Positions 58,001 through 64,000 of a DNA stretch of 64,000 nucleotides are shown in pieces (position 1 is the stretch's first letter; the number at the start of each line of letters is the position of its first letter). Source of the DNA: an uncultured Actinomycetota bacterium (GTDB taxonomy: Bacteria; Actinomycetota; Humimicrobiia; Humimicrobiales; Humimicrobiaceae); NCBI GenBank assembly GCA_964578625.1, contig CAZODQ010000002.1, positions 22,036 to 86,035 of the forward strand. The letters are read 5' to 3'. The position numbers were made by a program, and so were the translations under genes. A model generated the notes under the pieces. It was not told the origin of the DNA. It worked only from the letters and a program-made list of their open reading frames with translations, and did not search any database.

Positions 58001-59911
58001 ATGCGCGTTATAACTGCAAATAGACAAACAGAAAAAAACATACTAAATAGTAGTAGAAGGTATAAGACTATATTTGAGGAATCCCCTATTGCTTTAATCG
58101 AAATAGATTTTACAGAGGTCAGTAAATATCTTAACTTCCTAAAAGAGATGGGAGTCAAAGATTTAAAAGAATATCTTAAAAATAATATAGAAGCCTTTGC
58201 AAATTGTGTAAAAAAGATAAAAGTAGTTAATATAAATAAAGCTGCAGTAAATTTATATAGAGCCAAAAGTAAAAAAGATTTCATAAAAAGAATAAATAAA
58301 ACCTTCCTAAAAGATACCTATGAATCTTTTAAAAATGTAATGATTATCATGGCTCAAGGCAAAAGAAAGTTTGAAAGTGAAATAAAAAATAAAACCCTCA
58401 ACGGAAAGAAAATATATACACTAATGAAATGGATTATTTTACCGAATCATAAAGATACATCCTCAAAAGCATTGATTTCAATGATCGACATTACCTCTAT
58501 TAAGAAAGTTGAAGAAAAAAAACAACATAGTGAAATAAAATATTATACACTGTTCCACAACAGTCTTGATGGAATCTATATCAGTACCATGGATGGAAAA
58601 TATATTGATGCAAACCCGGCACTAATAAAGATACTGGGCTACAACAATAAAAAAGAACTGCTTTCTATAAACATACCAAAACAGTTGTATGTTTCCGCAA
58701 AAGACAGGCCGCCTCCTGATAAAAGAACCAAACCATTCGAAACACGCCTTAAGAAAAAAGATGGTACTATTATATGGGTTGAAATCAGCTCCAAGGTAAT
58801 TTATGAAGGGAATAAACCTATACTCTATCAGGGTATAGTAAGAGATATCACTAAACGTAAAGAAGCAGAAAATGAAATAAAATATCTGTCTTTCCACGAT
58901 AAATTAACCGGCATGTACAACAGAGCTTATTTTGAAGAAGAATTAAAAAGATTGGATACAAAAAGACAACTTCCTTTGAGTCTCGTCATTGGAGATATAA
59001 ACGGGCTAAAAATGATAAATGATGCATATGGTCATGAAAACGGCGACAGATTGCTTATACAGATATCTAAAATTTTAAAAAGCTGTTTTAGGGATGAAGA
59101 TATCACTTCAAGATGGGGAGGAGACGAATTTATAACAATTTTACCCTCCACAAATATAAGAGACGCATTAAAAATTGCCAGGAGAATAAAAGAGATCTGT
59201 AAGAAAAAGAGCACCAAAACCTTACCATTAAGTATTTCCTTAGGAGTATCTACTAAAAATGATGATACCAAGAGCACTGATACGATAATAAAAGAAGCAG
59301 AAGACAAAATGTATAAACACAAATTAACAGAGAGTCAGGATATCCACAGCTTGATTATATCTTCACTTAAGAAAAATTTAGTAAAGAAGGGTTACGAAAC
59401 TGCAGAACATATAAAAAGAATGAGGGATAGGGCTATAGAATTAGGAAAATCCTTAAACCTTGACGATAATAAGATCCAGGAACTTAGTATGCTTGCTACT
59501 CTGCATGATATTGGAAAAATAGCTTTATCAGACATTATTATATTTAAACCGGGAGTATTAAATCCGGAAGAATGGAGGGAAATTAGAAGACATCCCGAAA
59601 TAGGCTACCATATAGCACAGACATCTTCAGAATTCAAGACTATTGCCAAAGGAATCCTGTATCATCATGAAAGATGGGATGGAAAAGGATACCCCAAAGG
59701 CATAAAAAAAGATAATATACCGCTGACATCAAGAATAATATCCATTGTTGATGCTTACGATGCTATGACTAATGACAGGCCGTATAGGAAATCACTAAGC
59801 AAGAAGCAGGCTATAAATGAGTTAAAAAGGAATTCAGGATTCCAGTTCGATCCATCCATTGTAAAAAAATTCATTAATATCCTGGATAAAAAAATACTTA
59901 AGAATAAATAA
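58001..59911 (+). CDS. PAS - PAS - GGDEF - HD-GYP multidomain c-di-GMP signalling protein
   Basis: 636 aa with two PAS-like segments (YKTIFEESPIALIEID; YYTLFHNSLDGIYISTMDGKYIDANPA). GGDEF domain with an I-site, RDED-ITSRW-GGDEF. HD-GYP domain with LHDIGK and HHERWDGKGYP. Confidence 0.92.
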   Translation: MRVITANRQTEKNILNSSRRYKTIFEESPIALIEIDFTEVSKYLNFLKEMGVKDLKEYLKNNIEAFANCVKKIKVVNINKAAVNLYRAKSKKDFIKRINKTFLKDTYESFKNVMIIMAQGKRKFESEIKNKTLNGKKIYTLMKWIILPNHKDTSSKALISMIDITSIKKVEEKKQHSEIKYYTLFHNSLDGIYISTMDGKYIDANPALIKILGYNNKKELLSINIPKQLYVSAKDRPPPDKRTKPFETRLKKKDGTIIWVEISSKVIYEGNKPILYQGIVRDITKRKEAENEIKYLSFHDKLTGMYNRAYFEEELKRLDTKRQLPLSLVIGDINGLKMINDAYGHENGDRLLIQISKILKSCFRDEDITSRWGGDEFITILPSTNIRDALKIARRIKEICKKKSTKTLPLSISLGVSTKNDDTKSTDTIIKEAEDKMYKHKLTESQDIHSLIISSLKKNLVKKGYETAEHIKRMRDRAIELGKSLNLDDNKIQELSMLATLHDIGKIALSDIIIFKPGVLNPEEWREIRRHPEIGYHIAQTSSEFKTIAKGILYHHERWDGKGYPKGIKKDNIPLTSRIISIVDAYDAMTNDRPYRKSLSKKQAINELKRNSGFQFDPSIVKKFINILDKKILKNK

Positions 59912-59942
59912 ATCCGTCTCCTTTTTAAATCTCCTATTTTTT

Positions 59943-61076
<1,134 letters not shown>

Positions 61077-61098
61077 TCATGATTGATACCTGTTCTTT

Positions 61099-62181
61099 TT
61101 ACCTTGGGACTTTTGTTGTTAATATTGATTTAACCCAATCTCTGTTATTCCAGAGCGCACACCCGTTTCTCGTCTCGCTTAACTTATCATGATTTTCCCT
61201 GATTACTCTCAGCAGATCTGATTTTAACGCATCTCTTAATACCATATTCGTTAAACTGGTATCAGAATATGGAGCAACCGGGCAGGGTTCAAGATTTCCT
61301 TCAGAGCTGACATGAATAAATCCTCTGCCGGCTGACAGGCATCCGCCGAATTTGTCTTCATTTCCCGGAAAGGTAATAAAAATACCCGGATACTTTGATT
61401 CAAATTCAGCCATTGAATTCAATAATTTTTCCCTTTCATATTTATTTATTACCAGATGTTCAGTGTTTTTCTCCACGGGTACATATTCCAAAAAGAAAAA
61501 AAACTTACAGCCTTTATCTATTAAATCTTTAATAAAAATGTTATCAGTCAATATATTAAAATTTTTTTTAGTTATTGTGATAGATATTCCAAAGGGAATT
61601 CTTTTCGAGCTTAGTCTGCTCATAGCTTTTTGAATTTTTTCGTAAACTCCTTTACCTCTCCTATCATCAGTCTCCGATCTTGTACCCTCTATGCTGATCG
61701 CTGGAAATAAGTTCTTTTGTTCCTTGAAATCTCCTATTATTTCTTCATCTATCAATTGACCGTTAGTAAATAAAAGAAAAATAATTTCAGGAAATTTTTT
61801 TATTACTTTCAGCAACTCCGGCCTCATCAAGGGTTCTCCACCAGCTATTATAATAAATGATATACCAAGTTCCCTGGCTTCCATGAATATTTTCATCCAT
61901 TTCTTATTTTTAATCTCAGAATAATTCATTTCCATATTTAAATTAACATAACATCCTTTACATTTAAGATTGCATCTTTTAGTCACACTGGCAATCATAA
62001 TAGGCGGTACATTAACTCCCTTCTTTTTCCAGTTTGACCTTAATCTCATAGCTCTTTTCTGCCATAGGATTGTTTTTAAAAAGAAGAATAGGTAGGATAA
62101 TGAGATATTTGTCTTTAACACCCTTAATATATTGCTGTAATTTTTTATGATAGAATCATTAATGGTATTTATATAATCCAT
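61099..62181 (-). CDS. Radical SAM protein with N-terminal hydrophobic segment and Cys-containing C-terminal (SPASM/twitch-like) region; substrate unknown
   Basis: 360 aa with the CxxxCxxC motif RCNLKCKGCY and GGEPLM. C-terminal Cys residues occur in GGCLSAGRG, EPCPVAP and NGCALW. The N-terminal segment is LSYLFFFLKTILW. Confidence 0.8.
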   Translation of the reverse strand: MDYINTINDSIIKNYSNILRVLKTNISLSYLFFFLKTILWQKRAMRLRSNWKKKGVNVPPIMIASVTKRCNLKCKGCYVNLNMEMNYSEIKNKKWMKIFMEARELGISFIIIAGGEPLMRPELLKVIKKFPEIIFLLFTNGQLIDEEIIGDFKEQKNLFPAISIEGTRSETDDRRGKGVYEKIQKAMSRLSSKRIPFGISITITKKNFNILTDNIFIKDLIDKGCKFFFFLEYVPVEKNTEHLVINKYEREKLLNSMAEFESKYPGIFITFPGNEDKFGGCLSAGRGFIHVSSEGNLEPCPVAPYSDTSLTNMVLRDALKSDLLRVIRENHDKLSETRNGCALWNNRDWVKSILTTKVPR

Positions 62182-62265
62182 ATAATTGACCTGGTTATTT
62201 ATTTTATCTAAAAATTATCTGAAATATTCTATACTTTTTCAAAAGAATAGTAAAATAAAGTTTTA

Positions 62266-62294
62266 TTGACTTTTTAATATTTTTAAAATATTAT
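62266..62294 (+). promoter_or_regulatory. Candidate sigma-70-type promoter for the micro-ORF transcript
   Basis: TTGACT (62266-62271), a 17-nt spacer, then TATTAT (62289-62294). Confidence 0.45.
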
Positions 62295-62347
62295 AAGCCC
62301 GATATCTGCAAAAGTAGGTATCATTCTTTAGAATAAAAGAGGTAAAA

Positions 62348-62386
62348 ATGGCAACTAAGTCTAAAAAAGGCAAGAAAAAAAAGTAG
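62348..62386 (+). CDS. 12-codon lysine-rich micro-ORF (MATKSKKGKKKK). Could instead mark a small non-coding transcript.
   Basis: ATG preceded by the SD AAGAGGT with a 5-nt spacer. Own promoter-like element upstream and a strong terminator 16 nt downstream of the TAG. Too short to appear in the ORF track. Confidence 0.35.
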   Translation: MATKSKKGKKKK

Positions 62387-62401
62387 ATTGCTTTTTACTG
62401 A

Positions 62402-62440
62402 AAGTCCTGTATCCTAGAAAAATACAGGACTTAATTTTTT
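62402..62440 (+). terminator. Intrinsic terminator. The U-tract is on the plus strand, and it also sits just after the minus-strand UPF0316 gene.
   Basis: 11-bp perfect stem AAGTCCTGTAT / ATACAGGACTT with a 9-nt loop, followed by AATTTTTT. Confidence 0.75.
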
Positions 62441-62449
62441 CGTTTTCCA

Positions 62450-62974
62450 TCACTTTTTCTTTAGACCCCTTATAAATCCTCCCCGCATTTTATCCAGCAT
62501 ATAACTTGCCACAAAAGCTGAAGGATCTTTTAAATGAACGAGGTTATGCAACCTTGTAAGACTCGAATGGTTACATACCACATTTATAATTTCCACCTTG
62601 CCCTGCAATCCTGCACCTTTATAACATGTAAATCCAAAACCCTCGCTAGAGATTAATTTCTTTATTTCTTCATTATGCTCTTTGGAAATAATATTAGTAC
62701 TAATCAAGTCCCTTGATAATTTTTCAGATATTACAATGCCCAGTACAGTACCTACTGCAAATCCGGCCCCGTAGGCAATTATTCCGTAAATATTATCGAT
62801 ATCCTTGATTATCCTGACTATAATAGATATAAAAATAGTCACTTCAAAAAACCCCACGATTGCAGCAAAGGTCTTCTTCCTTCTTACTATCATATTCACT
62901 CTAATAGTACCCAGGCTCACATCGATTATTCTCCCTATGAATATAATCAATGTCCATATTAAAATATTAATCAA
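62450..62974 (-). CDS. UPF0316 / DUF2179 family membrane protein
   Basis: 174 aa. N-terminal TM region with GRIIDVSLGTIRVNMIVRRKK, typical of UPF0316, plus a C-terminal soluble DUF2179-like domain. Confidence 0.8.
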   Translation of the reverse strand: MINILIWTLIIFIGRIIDVSLGTIRVNMIVRRKKTFAAIVGFFEVTIFISIIVRIIKDIDNIYGIIAYGAGFAVGTVLGIVISEKLSRDLISTNIISKEHNEEIKKLISSEGFGFTCYKGAGLQGKVEIINVVCNHSSLTRLHNLVHLKDPSAFVASYMLDKMRGGFIRGLKKK

Positions 62975-63139
62975 CTTTTTACCCTCAATTCATATAAATA
63001 TATTTTATGCCTTCTCTATATCAATGAATTATTTTAACATTAAAAAATAAAAGTTCTACCGATTTATATGTAACTGGATCATCCTTCAACTTTAACCTAT
63101 ATTGACAAACAATTTAATTGTTTCTTTACTGATTATAGA

Positions 63140-63688
63140 CTAATGGTGGTTTCCTTCTATTATCCCATACCCTCCGGTCACAGCATCTTTAAATAACTGG
63201 TACCTCGGTGGAAAATAAGAAAACAGGCTGAATGAAACCAGACATATTAAGATAATCACCGCTCCAAGAATATTCAAAGATAAAAATTTCTTTCTTATAA
63301 GCATAATCTTGTAACCTACTGACTGTGCAGCTGCTATAGCAACAAAGAATATTATAATATCCACTGCCAGCAGCTCTGTACCTGTAATATATGTATATGA
63401 ATAAAATAAGACAATTATTACGGATGGTATCAATAAAAATGTGACTGCCTTGGCAAAAAAGAAATTTTTGATTTTTCTCTTAAAAATAAAAAATTCTATT
63501 ACTCCCCAGATAAATGCCGGCCAAAAACCTATTTTCAAATGTTCCCATACGCTTTCATTTACCGCACTTATAATAGCCAGTGGTTTCCAGAACCCGCTTA
63601 GTTCAAATGTGAAATGCAGAAATGATCCCGCCAGTGATATAAACAGTATTCCAAACATTTCCCACTTCAACACTTTTTTTCTCTCCAT
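63140..63688 (-). CDS. Uncharacterised multi-pass membrane protein
   Basis: The track ORF is 63140-63742. I place the start at the internal ATG 63688-63686 (MERKKVLKWE...) because it has a strong SD, AAGGGAGG, 5 nt upstream. About five hydrophobic segments; NESVWEHLK motif. Confidence 0.7.
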   Translation of the reverse strand: MERKKVLKWEMFGILFISLAGSFLHFTFELSGFWKPLAIISAVNESVWEHLKIGFWPAFIWGVIEFFIFKRKIKNFFFAKAVTFLLIPSVIIVLFYSYTYITGTELLAVDIIIFFVAIAAAQSVGYKIMLIRKKFLSLNILGAVIILICLVSFSLFSYFPPRYQLFKDAVTGGYGIIEGNHH

Positions 63689-63853
63689 TTGACCTCCCTT
63701 CTTAATAATTAAAAATAACCAATATCTATTGTACCAAACCATTAAAATATACTAACAGCATATTAGATATTTATAACATTTCTAAAAAAAATATGAAAAA
63801 TAAATAAAAAAATTATAAAATTATAACTAAAGTCCAATTAAAACCTTGGTGAT

Positions 63854-64000
63854 TATGACCGACAAAATAAAAATTATAAAATCATCCTGCTTTTCACTGT
63901 TTTGCTTACTCCCGGCATTAGCATTCTGGTATACGCTTAACAATCTCTTTTTATGGAGAGAAGGCAGCGTTATTAACGATTTAATAGTTACTTTTTTACT
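63854..64000 (+). CDS. Hypothetical protein, N-terminal fragment (runs off the window edge)
   Basis: Hand translation from ATG 63854 gives MTDKIKIIKSSCFSLFCLLPALAFWYTLNNLFLWREGSVINDLIVTF..., open to the window end. Weak SD-like GGTGA just upstream. Confidence 0.3.

Noticed and set aside
57811-58284. 157-aa minus-strand ORF in the yajC / GGDEF spacer
   Set aside because: It is a low-complexity Leu/Ile/Phe/Lys/Asn translation of nearly pure A/T DNA. It overlaps the well-supported plus-strand PAS-GGDEF gene by 284 nt and has no SD or recognisable motif. Most likely an artefact of AT-rich sequence.

Overview
This 64-kb window comes from a very AT-rich bacterial chromosome (roughly 30% G+C by eye). 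It is densely coding, with about 60 protein genes. All but four sit on the minus strand; the plus-strand genes are 7387-7695, 58001-59911, a 12-codon micro-ORF at 62348, and a partial ORF at 63854. I saw no rRNA, tRNA, CRISPR array, transposase or prophage. Most of the content is core housekeeping, and its order closely mirrors classical Firmicutes (B. subtilis-type) neighbourhoods: scpAB-trpS, xerD-nudF, pyrG-recN-nadK-tlyA-ispA-nusB-efp-pepP-aroQ, alaS-ruvX-mltG-O-methyltransferase-U32 peptidase, and tgt/yajC-secDF-recJ-relA-hisS-aspS. The phylum cannot be assigned from this window alone. The left end (1-6199) is an accessory sugar locus: a LacI-family regulator, a GH127 beta-L-arabinofuranosidase and a three-component ABC importer. 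It is followed by three poorly characterised envelope proteins, including an 818-aa LVIVD / PKD / transglutaminase-like lipoprotein. The most unusual region is 25059-40216. Here a type IV pilus gene set is physically interleaved with five shikimate-pathway genes: pilT, pilC, pilA, pilD, pilMNO, a PilP-like lipoprotein and three minor-pilin-like genes, mixed with aroE, aroC, aroK, aroB and aroQ. The set carries its own SigB/F/G-type sigma factor directly upstream of the major pilin. The pilin promoter region matches a SigB-type consensus (GTCTAA-N13-GGGTAT). No PilB assembly ATPase or secretin is present in the window. Other items worth a second look are listed here. (1) A GC-rich, structured leader of about 230 nt upstream of alaS, with mutually exclusive pairings. 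(2) A stand-alone promoter / SD / 12-codon poly-lysine micro-ORF / terminator unit beside a membrane-anchored radical SAM gene. (3) A PAS-GGDEF-HD-GYP gene inserted antisense between yajC and tgt. (4) A tlyA gene whose conserved S4 domain begins upstream of any canonical start codon. All functional calls rest on motifs recognised by eye in the supplied translations. No database search was run.
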